52,876 nt of DNA from Phoronis australis (lineage: Eukaryota; Animalia; Phoronida): contig NMRA01001042.1 in NCBI GenBank assembly GCA_002633005.1, positions 12,177 to 65,052 of the forward strand, in the 5' to 3' direction. The translations under genes were made by a program, and so were the position numbers. Within the stretch, counting starts at the first letter, position 1. The number at the start of each line of letters is the position of its first letter. Below the pieces are notes generated by a model. That model saw only the letters and a program-made list of their open reading frames with translations, had not been told where the DNA came from and searched no databases. This document shows, piece after piece, positions 1 through 11,357 of this stretch.

Positions 1-570
1 CCGGTAATTAAAATTATACGGATGAAAAAAGATTTAAATGTGTGCAGTTTTAGTGTTGGCGGGGGTGGGGGGGGGGTTCAAATCCAATTTCAAGTGTCAA
101 ATTCGGAACACGGCGCATTCGTAACGGAACTATAGGCTCTCCCGCGATATCCCAGGCGACCGGCAGTGGCGCTGCACACTACGACTCCGTTTCCGTCGTC
201 TGCTCCACTGTGCAATGAAGAAAATTTACTTCGTTTTTTAAAAAAATGGAACCTGAGTGAGTATGAAAAAACAGAAGCTGCTGGTAAGGTGTAAATTTTA
301 ATCGAAGCCTTAGTGAATCACTCAGAAACTTGCAATACTCTCTTTGTCAAACCTTATCTTAAGACGATTTCCAAAGCAATCCCGTCATTATTGCCAACAC
401 GAAAAACGGATTTGGTCTTTTGGGCATTTGAAGACTATTTTAAATACGACAAATTTATTAAGAATTGATGGCACAAAATATAAAACGTGTAATGAGCATT
501 ACAAAAAGAAGTAGCTTTCGCGCGCAAACGCTATGGACCATAAATAAGTAGGTCTCTTAGAAAGAGTTTA

Positions 571-640
571 GTGGTGGTGTAGTGGTAACGCACGCGCTCG
601 CTGTGCGCGAGGTCGTGAGTTCGAGTCTTAGGTTCTTGCA
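571..640 (+). repeat. tRNA-derived (SINE-head-like) sequence with Pol III A and B boxes
   Basis: A-box-like TGGTGTAGTGGT, short stem CTCG/CGAG around loop CTGTGCG, B-box GAGTTCGAGTC, followed by T-rich tracts; no convincing acceptor stem. Confidence 0.45.
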
Positions 641-3156
641 GTTTTTTCTGTTCGACACGTTCTCCTTTTTTCTTTTTTGCCTCTTTTGTCTTCAGGAATC
701 AAGGAAAATTCTTGAATTTTAGAGGTAAAAACAGAAAAATTTCCTGAGCGGGAGGGCAAACCCACCTCCCGTCCTCCCCCCACTTCGGTGCTATGCGCAT
801 CTACAATCGTGATTCAGTTTGCGCAAATGCTTACAGCCGGACAAAAAGTTGGGTCCCCCCTTGTGATATCCTAGATCCGCCACTGTAACTAGCACAACTC
901 ATACCTGGTCTGTAGGTAGGCCTATGAATTTTCGTGATAGACTACAGTCTATGATCTATGGTTTAACAGAGCTCAAGTTACAGTGTTACCTAGCTGTATT
1001 TTGGCGATAGCCTTCAAACAGCTAGCTGGTTGGCTACAAAAAATCTGCAGTGTGCACTTCGACGTTTCGTGTCACTGTTCCGGCCCAGAGTATAGGGAAT
1101 CCGGCACAAATCCGGAATATTCTGTCTGATTTGGGTCGTTCCCGTAGGCATAACGGAATTCTGATACTGAATTTAAAACGTTCAATTGATTACAAATTCT
1201 TATGACTGGGTATGTTTTCATGCAATACAGACTTTATTTCGTAGTTTTAATTTATTACAGACACGCACAATGTTGTGTTGCTATTAAATTTTCATTTTTT
1301 TAGCTTGACCGATTACGGGTTTCAGCATTTCAAGGCGTATTATTTTGAAAAAAAGAGTTTCTAATATAAAATATTCAATGAATTTGAATATAGTTGCATT
1401 GTACGAAAAGATAATCCTGATATGTGCTGTAAGCCTAACGTTTCTAAGTATTTTGCACCAAATTAAATGGCCTGTCGCCGTCTATACCCATACGGGACAC
1501 ACACTGGACAGCCGTCCGTATTGGAATCGCGCAGCTTTCACACCTTCGGCTTCAAAAAGACATGAATGGAAAGTTACTAACATCAAAGTTTTTGTATCAA
1601 ACAAATTACACTTTATAATAAACATTGGGAAACTGCTGATAACAATTCAGACGAAGCGTTTTGTTTTTCCGGCTGTTTCGACGGCACCAGTCACACTCCC
1701 GGGGATTCCCATACGGGCCCGTATTAGAATGTGTGCTAAATAATTGAATAAAAATTCTAAAGGTAGTGATTTTGATTAAGTTTAATATTAACTGACATGA
1801 AATGAAAAAATGTGTTTCCTTGATTTTCCACGTATTTGGGACTAAATTAAAAAACGAGTCGTCTCTGATTCCAATACTCTGGAGACACGGTGAAAGCCAA
1901 ATTCGCTGTAACGATGATGCCATAGACTTCGATTAGTGCAAGCACCGTCTCAAGTTTTTTTGGCGCTAAATGGCGTTCGTGATGGGGCTACTGTATTGTC
2001 GAAGGCCTTCTTAATTAACGACTGGGGTATGCTATGACACAGTATTTTGATGTTTATTATCAATAAATGTATTTTAGATGTATAAATAGTCATTTTGGCA
2101 CCATACTTGGCTTTTAAACTGGTCGAAGTCCAGTTTATCCAGGTTTAACTTTAAACAACCTTTATGAAATCGGCTGTCAGTGTTTATAGATGTGAAGCCA
2201 CCTGTCTCACGAGGCGCCATTTTTGTATTGCAGCTCGCTGTCAACAACACGCGTGGTCGTACCCTCTGACACAGCGCCACCTATACTGCAATCATTTAGC
2301 ACTGTGATAGAGTGTAGCGTGGTCGTAGGCAGATAAGGGAATTTGATATTAACCCTTTTGCTACATCGCAAAAAAACGCATATTAAACATCTCACTTCGA
2401 CGTTGGGCGTTTTTGTTCCATATAACCCGCTTTCAATAAAACCTAGTTCAAATCACTCGATTAAATCACTGTGTTCTTTTAATAATATTGGAACCCGTTC
2501 CACATAAAACTGTTGCGTGTTTGGTAATGTATGTCCATTACCAGCTATTCTATTTACCCGGTCACGGCAACCATAGCCTACTAGTATCCAGTTCTCAAAA
2601 ATGTCTCCCTCAAGAGTTAAACTTTACACAATTTTTGAACTTACATTACACATCATCGTGAAACAAGCCCCAGTTCTTTGATAAGGAATGTTTTCAACAG
2701 GAGACAAAAATTATAACACGGTGGATATCCTCACGTTTAGATGTAAGTTGCAAGTAAAGGATTACAGTCTCAATTTAGTTGTTTGTGGTAAATTACACAA
2801 GGATACATTTATATTTACAAACAATATACCGTGGTTGACGATAGTTCAGAAATTATAAATAATTTTTGAAATGGCGCACGTCTAAACAAGCTTTTAAATC
2901 TCAACCTCCTTGTTTCGAAAAAGTAGGCCTACTCTGCATCCACAGCTGTTAAGATGTTTCTCACAATATCGTTACAGCTGGACAATACCCCTTTAAAATC
3001 CTTTTGAAATAGCCCTCGTTGTACGTTATGGGAAGCCTGGTGAAAACAATGAAACATAAACGAAATGATTTTAATATCTTTGAGGACCATGATGCATCAG
3101 CCCTTTGCTAAAACATGTATTATGTGTATTTCGATGTGTCTTCGTTAAATAAATTC

Positions 3157-3189
<33 letters not shown>

Positions 3190-3245
3190 TATAACGATAC
3201 CAATAACGAGTAATAGTAGTCGAAGTAGTAATAGTAGTAATAGCA
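3157..3245. repeat. (AAT)n microsatellite grading into (AGT)n
   Basis: About 11 AAT units at 3157-3189, then degenerate AGT/AAT triplets. Confidence 0.9.
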
Positions 3246-3589
3246 GTGATATTGTCAGCCTGGAATGCATTACTATAGAGGTTTACGAAAAGTGCTAACC
3301 AAGAGGGTGTTTTTTTCACAGCTAAAAATACTCTCCAAAAGCGTGCCATTTTCGACAAAATACTATCTAAAAGAGTGCCTTTCTGAATTTCTGGAACAGA
3401 ACTGTGCGAAAATGTAAGTTTTTATACAAAATTAATCTCTAGATGTGTCACTTTTTGTCCGAGCCCACTCTAACGGATAGATAACCAATTTTCGGGTAAC
3501 AACCCTCGTCCAAAAATACTCGAGTGTTCCTCGGCAAAATCAGATACCAGTTGTTCTTGGTTTTAGTAAATTCTTTGTAATATGACGTT

Positions 3590-3770
3590 GGTTTCGTAAA
3601 ATGTAACAATCGCACATTTGTTGCATTTGCACTTGAAGGAAAATGTGACAACTAGGTAAAATGTAACAACTTTTACATTTTAGAAGAGGCATAGCAACGT
3701 AAAATGTATCAATGACGTAACATGAAACAGTTGTTGCATTTTACGAAAATGTTACATTTTACAGAGTATC
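3590..3770. repeat. Cluster of AAAATGTAAC / GTTACATTTT motifs in both orientations, probably part of a non-autonomous element
   Basis: Repeated aaaatgtaacaa, aaaatgtgacaa, aaaatgtatcaa and inverted gttgcattt, gttacatttt. Confidence 0.5.
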
Positions 3771-5404
3771 AGCGTTTCAGTTTAAACAACGGGTTCAATA
3801 CTCCGGTGTTGGTTACGAATTTGAATTCATAGGTGATACAAACTTGGTGAAATCTCGAGGTATGTTGCGTGGAGATTTTTTTCTTGTTATTGCGCCCACT
3901 ACATACCTCGATTTTCGTCTGTTCGATGTGAAAGTTTCGTCCATGTATCGTATGCAGTGCTTTAAGTCATTTGTTTTTGGACGAAATCGGTGGCGCTGTG
4001 ACGAACCTTTGCGGGTTACAAGCTCTGTTCTTACAAGACTGGGAGTAGTTAAGAAATTCTTTTGAAATTTGGTATTTGGATATATCTCATTAATGCTACA
4101 TGTATTTGAAATGTGTAATCCGTTTATCTCTACAAACTATCGATCTCTAGTTCAGGGCTGGGGTGCATAAAGCTTCAAAATTGTTGATTGCTGCATGACG
4201 TCAGGTCCATATTGTACAATAATGATAACGTGGCGCGTGATAATGCGACGTCATTGTTGCTATACGTCGTATAACTTTTATGCAACTGGGCCCTTATTGA
4301 CAATTTTTCGCGCCCTAGATCCGGCGACCTTTCACGTATCTGGGAACACTGACTCCCACTGAACGGGAACATGGAAAGTAAATGGAGTGTACGTGCTGCA
4401 CAATAAGTTACAAGCGCGAGCGTTAAACTTTTCTTGGCGACCGAAGTAAACGTAGGGAAGAAAAAATTTAGAGAAAATGATCCGTACAACTGCCAGTGCT
4501 GAATTTATCGTTTGACAGTCCTCACTCGGTATCATTTTAGGAGATGCTCATTTTTAGTATGGATCGCGAACGCTATCGTGAAACCGTGCTCTTCAGTGAA
4601 AATGTCCGTGAACTCTCCTTACAAACTGCTTTTTAGGGCACTAAAAAGCTCTGTTTTTCTAGGACACTTCTCGAACACGTGACAATCGAGAAATCTCGGG
4701 CTTTTATTTCCTGTTTCTATTTGATGTAAATACTACAGGGTAGCTCTTGAAAGTAGCTCTCTGGCAGGATCCATGGCTACCTTTTTCATGTTGATTTCTG
4801 ATCTGTATCTTTTCTCTTAAGTTGTCACTCACGGGAGGGGCTTCAGTGGGGGTAGTTAATTACCTTTCTCGTTCCGTTTTTTTGTGAAATTATGCAGCCA
4901 TTTGGCTTGACGAAGGTGATCAGGGGATGGTAGGAGAGTGATCTAATTGCGGAGTCCACTATTTTCCAAGCTAAATTTTATGATCTAGTACATGTAGTTA
5001 GGCGGCACGTCTCTGTTGGATGGGGCTCGGGGATATTGTCCCCCATAAAGCAGACCTATTTCAATCATGAATAATTTGTAATAAAAATGCGTCTTGTCCA
5101 TAAAAATCACATAATACAGTACACGCCGAAAGTATTCTTGTGAAATGATGTAGAATTCCCGGTAAAACGGCTTCACAGAAAGCTAATTCATGTCCAGAGT
5201 AGCCTTTCGGAGAACAAACAGAAACCTAATTCATCCTCACAACAATGCGAATTCACAGGAATGTCACTTTGCTAGACGAACTAAATTGTTTTATTCTAAG
5301 CCTAAAACGCTTCAAATTCATCGTGTGAAGGCAAAATGTTTTAAAGATACCTTGCGTAAATCAGATCATTTGAATGGAGCACGAATTGTATTTTTAAATT
5401 TCAG

Positions 5405-5737
5405 TTGGCCCAACATCAGTTAACATAACAGATGAAAGTACTGTACCCGGAATCTCCTCAAAAAGTGGTCACAAGATCTTCAAGGGTCAACACTACAACT
5501 TCAGCTGTCAAACGAATTCGGTGAACCCGGGCGCTAACGTGAGCTGGATCCTTTCCGGAATCGAGGGCGACCAGTCGGAAACGACGTATATGACGAGCGT
5601 TCACGGCAAACGCTTCAGCAAATACCTCGGCTTCATTGCTAAATCGTCTTACAATAATCTTAACATAGTCTGTGTGGCCATAAACAAAGTTGACTCTCAG
5701 AGAACAAGAACTGCAACATATACCCTAACTGTTATTT
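5405..5737 (+). CDS. Ig-like domain exon 1 of a multi-Ig cell-surface/secreted protein (C2-set / nephrin-like style)
   Basis: tttcag acceptor, gtaagt donor, 333 bp open, phase 1-1; GPTSVNI...YNFSCQTNSVNPGANVSW...YNNLNIVCVAIN...YTLTV has the Ig Cys-Trp-Cys spacing. Confidence 0.85.
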
Positions 5738-5873
5738 GTAAGTACTCAAACTGAATTCAACATCGATTTTTCTGTACTTTTCGTGACACTTCAATTTACA
5801 TTAGTGTAATTATACACCTAAGATCGAGGGATTGTCTTTCCCAAAGTTTAGCAACCTTTTTTGTTTTTTTTAG

Positions 5874-6203
5874 TTGGGCCAACAAACTTGACTATCCGCA
5901 ACGCCGTGTCAAAGGCCGACGTCACGACTGACACGAGGCCGTTTACGGTATTGGAGTACAACGAATATACCTTGATATGTGAAACAAGTGAAACGAACCT
6001 AGCACCAAACATAACCTGGACGTCAGCGGTTGGAAAGGGAAAGCAGTCTGCAACAGTGACATCCCTTGGCGGTGATCATAGATACGGGCGAAATTACACA
6101 TTCACAGCTGATTCCTCACTCGACAACACGTCCTTGACATGCATTGCAGCAAATGTAGACAGCTTCATTTCAGCAAAATTAGATATCATTTTGGATGTCC
6201 AAT
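5874..6203 (+). CDS. Ig-like domain exon 2
   Basis: Poly-T + ag acceptor, gtaagt donor, 330 bp, phase 1-1; GPTNLTI...YTLICETSETNLAPNITW...LDNTSLTCIAAN...LDV. Confidence 0.88.
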
Positions 6204-7409
6204 GTAAGTAATAAGCGTTGTAAATTAGGCAAAACTTTGTTGATCAAATCATACTCTTAGCTTTGTATTTTCCTTTGACATTCGCAAGTATGTCGGGAAC
6301 TTGAATATTGCACTTTGAAATAACTGAAGGTTCACGCTCGGAAGACCAAAGCCAATACTCCACCTCTACCGGGATGTTGTGACACTCACTCATGCCCAGT
6401 CTCACAGCCTTCTTAAAACATTATTACCTCAACTGATGACGATGTGCACTCATACATATCTTCTAAGTGACAATAAACACCTTGAAAATCGAAATATGGC
6501 GTCGCGAATCTGTTGCTGTGTTACGTTGTGTCACAGTATCCGCGTTTTGCTTCAGAAACCTATTGTTCTCTACCACCACCGACATTGAACAGCTTGTTCT
6601 TGTGATGAATGATCGTTACGCGATTGGCAAACCTTAGCCCGTAGGCCATAGTCCAATCGACTCTAGGAAGCCTAGAAAATCACTCCCGTGGCCACTTTTT
6701 GGGGGCAAGATAATTTTGGTGTTTTTAAGGTCATTAAGTAGTATACTTTAACTATCTAAAAAGTTCCCAAGGTTTGACTTGCATGTTTTCGAGAAATTTG
6801 ACCTAAAAAATCTGACTTTTTGCAAAATTTGACATAAAAACCAATCTTCAAAAACTAAGAACACTAGACAAAAAACTGAATGATAATCTGATTGGGTTTT
6901 GTTCATTTGAAGTTATTGAACTAGGAAAGTGATATATATTATGAAATTAGGTGGAAAATTGCTCAAAAAGAGAAAAAGTAAAATTTTAGCAGCGCCTCCT
7001 GTTGGCTAGAAAACATGCTTCTGCATTCTGAACTCCTACAAAAAGAACTACCGGTATACTGTTAATCATTTGGAACTTGATAAATATTTGACATCACAAC
7101 CTACATGTGAACACCATACATTTCCGATGCTTCTGAAACAAATTTTCTGTCATCAATTTCATTAATTGTCATAATTAATTAACATTATCCCACACTGCAG
7201 TTCACTGTCAACTGTCACAGGGAACGACATACCGAGCAGTATCAGGGATGAGTATGATAAAATGTTGTCCATATTTTCCATTAGGTTGAAAATTTAAAGT
7301 TCTTTAACAACATAACATACACTTATTATGTTTCTTCATCCCCTCCATCATCATTTATATCATCATTATTGTCATCAAATGTTGTTTTTTGACTGAAACT
7401 GCGTGTTCA

Positions 7410-7800
7410 CACAGTCTGGACAGTCACACAACTTAGAACATGGCATGCTTGATTCCAAACAAGAGCACATTTTTTACTACAACCACTTCTTTTACACTTG
7501 CCATTAACATTTTTCATGGCATTTTCTGGGGCTAAAGGCAGAGTCATCCTGTGGAGCATCAGACTACCCCGCTCCAAAAGCCACCCATTAAGCAACTGGA
7601 GATGGTGCACTGACTTGCTGCTGCAAGGCTCGTTTATGGAATGGCACACTGGTAGTTTGCTCTTTTACCATGTAGCAGCAAACGATCATGATGAGGAGGC
7701 AGATCACAGATTTCAACCTGAATATGTGGTAGCGTGCTTTATTAACTGTTGATGACGCGCCGTACTGCTTGCATACAAACGATTCAATGTCTTGCATGAG
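7410..7800 (-). pseudogene. Frameshifted C-terminal fragment of a Cys-rich DNA transposon protein (AcademX-like XPG/CXC end)
   Basis: ESFVCKQYG...VNKARYHIF...RALQQQVSAPSP / NGW...LAPEN...KCKRSGCSKKC match the remembered FVCxxYG..VNxARY..GW..AP..CxC pattern of this family. Confidence 0.55.
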
Positions 7801-8729
7801 TTAACCAGGAAACACAAATTTTTAGCCCAACTTTAATGGCAAAGACAAAATATTTTCCTGACATTTGATGGGCTGTTCGGATCATTGGCTAACATATTAG
7901 TTGAGGTTATATTTTCCAACTTTTAAGAGTCACTGCATGAGAACGTCAGGCAATTTGCAATATTATGGGAACATGAAATTCCACGAATTTTAAAGTCGAT
8001 ATAGTACATATATCACTTGGGGTGAATTAGCTAAAAAATTATAAAAATTAGTTTTGTCATTCGTCAGTTTGTAAATATATAACGAATAACTAAATCGGGT
8101 GAAGAAAATGGCCTAACCCCTTCTGCGCGACTGTTGAAAATGCCCTATGTTTCCATGGGAATTAAACCACTTTGCGGGCGTTTAAAAATAAAAATTTGAT
8201 TGCGTTATACACAACTGTCCTTTTTGTAATTGAGAATGCCAAAAATAATTCAGAATAACGTATTTTGATATATTTAAAGAACTTTTGAATGCCTTGCCTC
8301 CACGGGCCAAGTACAGTTACCAATTTCGACCAATATAGAGGCCTATGGAATTCAAGCGCGCAAAAACGCACACCACCCACACATGGGTTCTGTGATAGCT
8401 ACAACTCTCGTCTTTGACAAAATATCGTTATTTCCGTGGACAGCACCTTTTTTAATTCTCGAATTTACACTTTAGTGAAGGCACTTTCACCACTTTCACC
8501 TGTTTCATACTGCCACCAATAGAGGGCGGCAAAGCAGAAAATATGAAAAATATGATCCAAATTGGAAGTAAATCGTAATAAAAAATCATGTTAAATTTTA
8601 TTCAAGATAACCAGAATTGCTTCGAGCGTTCTTTTAGCGAAATATTGCGTTATTGACACTTAGCTAAGACACGGAATGAGGTTCACGAAAATATGTCACG
8701 CTCTGAAGTAACATGGCAAAGCCAGCGAG

Positions 8730-10340
8730 ACGCTGTGTTACAACAAAGATATTGTCAAATACCTGAAAAGTATCAACGCACTAGATCACTTGGAAGAATG
8801 GGAGTTGATTGGCAATCTGGCACGAATGGGAGTGTGAGAGACAAAGGAACTGGCCAGCCTGTTAGAACAAAAGATCATGTGTCCAAAGCACCGTATGTGG
8901 CAGTATCTAGGTTGTAAGCCAAGGTGTACGTTTGCAGCCTCAGGAATGTAAAGGATGTTTACGACTCAATCTCAGGACTACGTCAACTTAATAACTTCTC
9001 ATTTGAAGGTGAGATACGTAAAAATTCATATTTTTCTCAGAAATCTCACTGTGATTAGTCATACCATCTGAGAACTAGTTTCAGCTGTGTATGAGGTCTG
9101 AAACAAAATTTAAATATTTGATGGAATGGGATATTTTTTCACAGGTTGATTTTTAAAAAGGACTTGTGTTCTAATGCTTACAACTAAGTTACCTATTTCA
9201 ACTAGGAAACTGGTTTCTTGGAAAGCATATGGGATCGGAGATGGGGTGGTTTTGGAGAATCCTGCTTCTGATTGCAAACCAGTGGAACTAGTGGTTGAGG
9301 AATGTCATGTTGAATCCTCATTGAGACCTTTCACTAGTTTCAGCAATCGAAAGACGAAGATATTCCTGCGTCCAAAAGATGGCTGTAACAACATTTTTGC
9401 CTCTCGAAACGAACTCAAGCAGCAGGTTAGCACAGGGTGGCATGATAAACAGCCAACAGCACTTGAAGGTAATCGCTGATAGTGGAGAGAAAGTGGGTTG
9501 CCAAAGTCACTGGTATACAAGGTAAAGTTCATGATCTAACAGTATGCTCGTTGAACTCAATTTGGCATCACAAATCCATAAGTTTGACATATAACCTTTG
9601 TTGTGCATTTTAGTCACTGACTTTTCCAAGTTGACTTAATAGTCAACATGGAAATGCGCTGTGTGATGTTCTATATTACAACCCAACAAAAAGTGAAGTT
9701 GTTGAACATGATACTCAACACCTATGCAGCCATGGCTTGGACATTCGCACAAATTTAGGCTGAATTATTTGACGTGGATTAATGTATCAATCAGACCACT
9801 CAAACAGCACAACTCTCTCACTTATGACCACAGCATTTGGATTTTGTAAGCTCATTTTGTGAATTCACAAAACATGGCTACCCATCCAAAAAGCATGGCT
9901 CCTGGTGTTGCATCCACCTTTGTTACCTTTAAAGACTCCTCACACACTCTTCCTTGAGTCATGCACATGATTCTTAGTCACGTGAGTTTTTGAACTGATT
10001 ATTGGTTGCCAAAGCTGTTTTTGATTTGTGTGAACAGGGATCAGCTTACAATTAGATGTGTGAGTGGTGTTCACAAGTGTTTGACAATTGTTGTTCTGAT
10101 AGCCTGCCAATGGACTAGGTAACATATACTATCTTATTGAGTTTTACATTTGCAGGTGTGAAAATGCAGGCAGCTAGTATCCAAACAGCAGGAGAGTCAT
10201 ACAGCACAATGGGGATGGGCTCTGAAATCAGCATAAAGGTTTGAAATAATGACTGAAAGCGTAAAGATGTTTTTGACTGATGCGTTCAACGAAGGCATGA
10301 AAACTGGTCAAAAAGCGATCCAATGAGGTGTTCTCAACAA
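8730..10340 (+). pseudogene. Chapaev-like transposase remnants (several exon-like pieces)
   Basis: EWELIGNLARMG...IMCPKHR...LG (~8800-8915); ISGLRQLNNFSFE then gt (~8970-9008); WKAYGIGDG and decayed C2H2 finger FLRPKDGCNNIF...GWH (9205-9445); MGWALK...FLTDAFNEGMKTGQKA (10210-10320); stops and frameshifts present. Confidence 0.55.
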
Positions 10341-11209
10341 AGTACAACTGCAGGACACAATCATAGAACTGCTGTTTGAATATCTTGAGCAGTATCCATG
10401 TAGATCGTAATCATCATTGTTACTGTATTCTTGTTGTGCACCTTATGGTGTTTCTATTGCTATGAAGTAATGTTGGTAGTGAGTTTGATTCCTTGATATT
10501 TTCTGTGAAATTACTTCTCACGCCAAGTGTCCCTTTAACTGTCATGTCCAGGATATTGATATACATTAATATACAGTACAAGCCAAACGTATCCTGACAA
10601 GATAACCCGGAATTCCTTGCCATGACAGCTGGGGCAAAATTAGAATTCGTGGTCAAAGTGGTCTTCCTTTGTGACTGAAAATGAAGGGAAACAGGAAAGT
10701 TAGTATGCTGGCTAAAACATTCTGTAATTAGCTGTGGTAACAGTTATTACCAATCATTTTTGCATCAACAGAACTAGTCATCAAGCGGGGCAAAGGTTTG
10801 TAGTGTCTGATTACTTTTGCCTTGTTTTGTATGACTGTTTGCAAGAATGCGTGTGTAGGCCCATTATGCTATCATCCTGGACTTTTTTGTCTGGAATCTG
10901 CTGCTGCATCTCCAAATTCTTGGTGAATGTGAAATATTACAAATGAGATGACACAAGAGAATTTTGGGATGTATTTGACTACCGCTGGGCCCCTAGTGGC
11001 AACTTTACTTCTTCATTTTAGTCTCTTTATCTAGCAAGTTCCTTGACTGATTTTCATCAAATTTCGCAAATTAGTTTCAGTTATGGCGACAGCCACGTTT
11101 TCCTACTTCCTGGCGTACCTATGTAATTTGTACAGAAACGTTGCCATTGAGATGAGCACAACTTACACTGATTGTTGATTGGACGATCTCCTGTGGTGCC
11201 CTTTAATGG

Positions 11210-11357
11210 CAGTGCTGTAGGGGTAAAATTAAAGGTAAGTAGGCGCCCAAAGCCAACCGTATCACCTTGAGTGCTGAACGTAACTTATGGTGCTTAGGCA
11301 CTACGTTCAAATGCCAAAAGGTGGTTGGTTGCGCCTACCTGTGCCACTACAGCACTG
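11210..11357. mobile_element. 148-bp hAT-type MITE
   Basis: TIR CAGTGCTGTAG/CTACAGCACTG, internal inverted GTAGGCGC/GCGCCTAC, 8-bp TSD TTTAATGG/CTTAATGG. Confidence 0.75.

Noticed and set aside
571-640. Functional tRNA-His gene
   Set aside because: GTG sits in a 7-nt loop, but acceptor and T stems do not pair convincingly; treated as a tRNA-derived repeat
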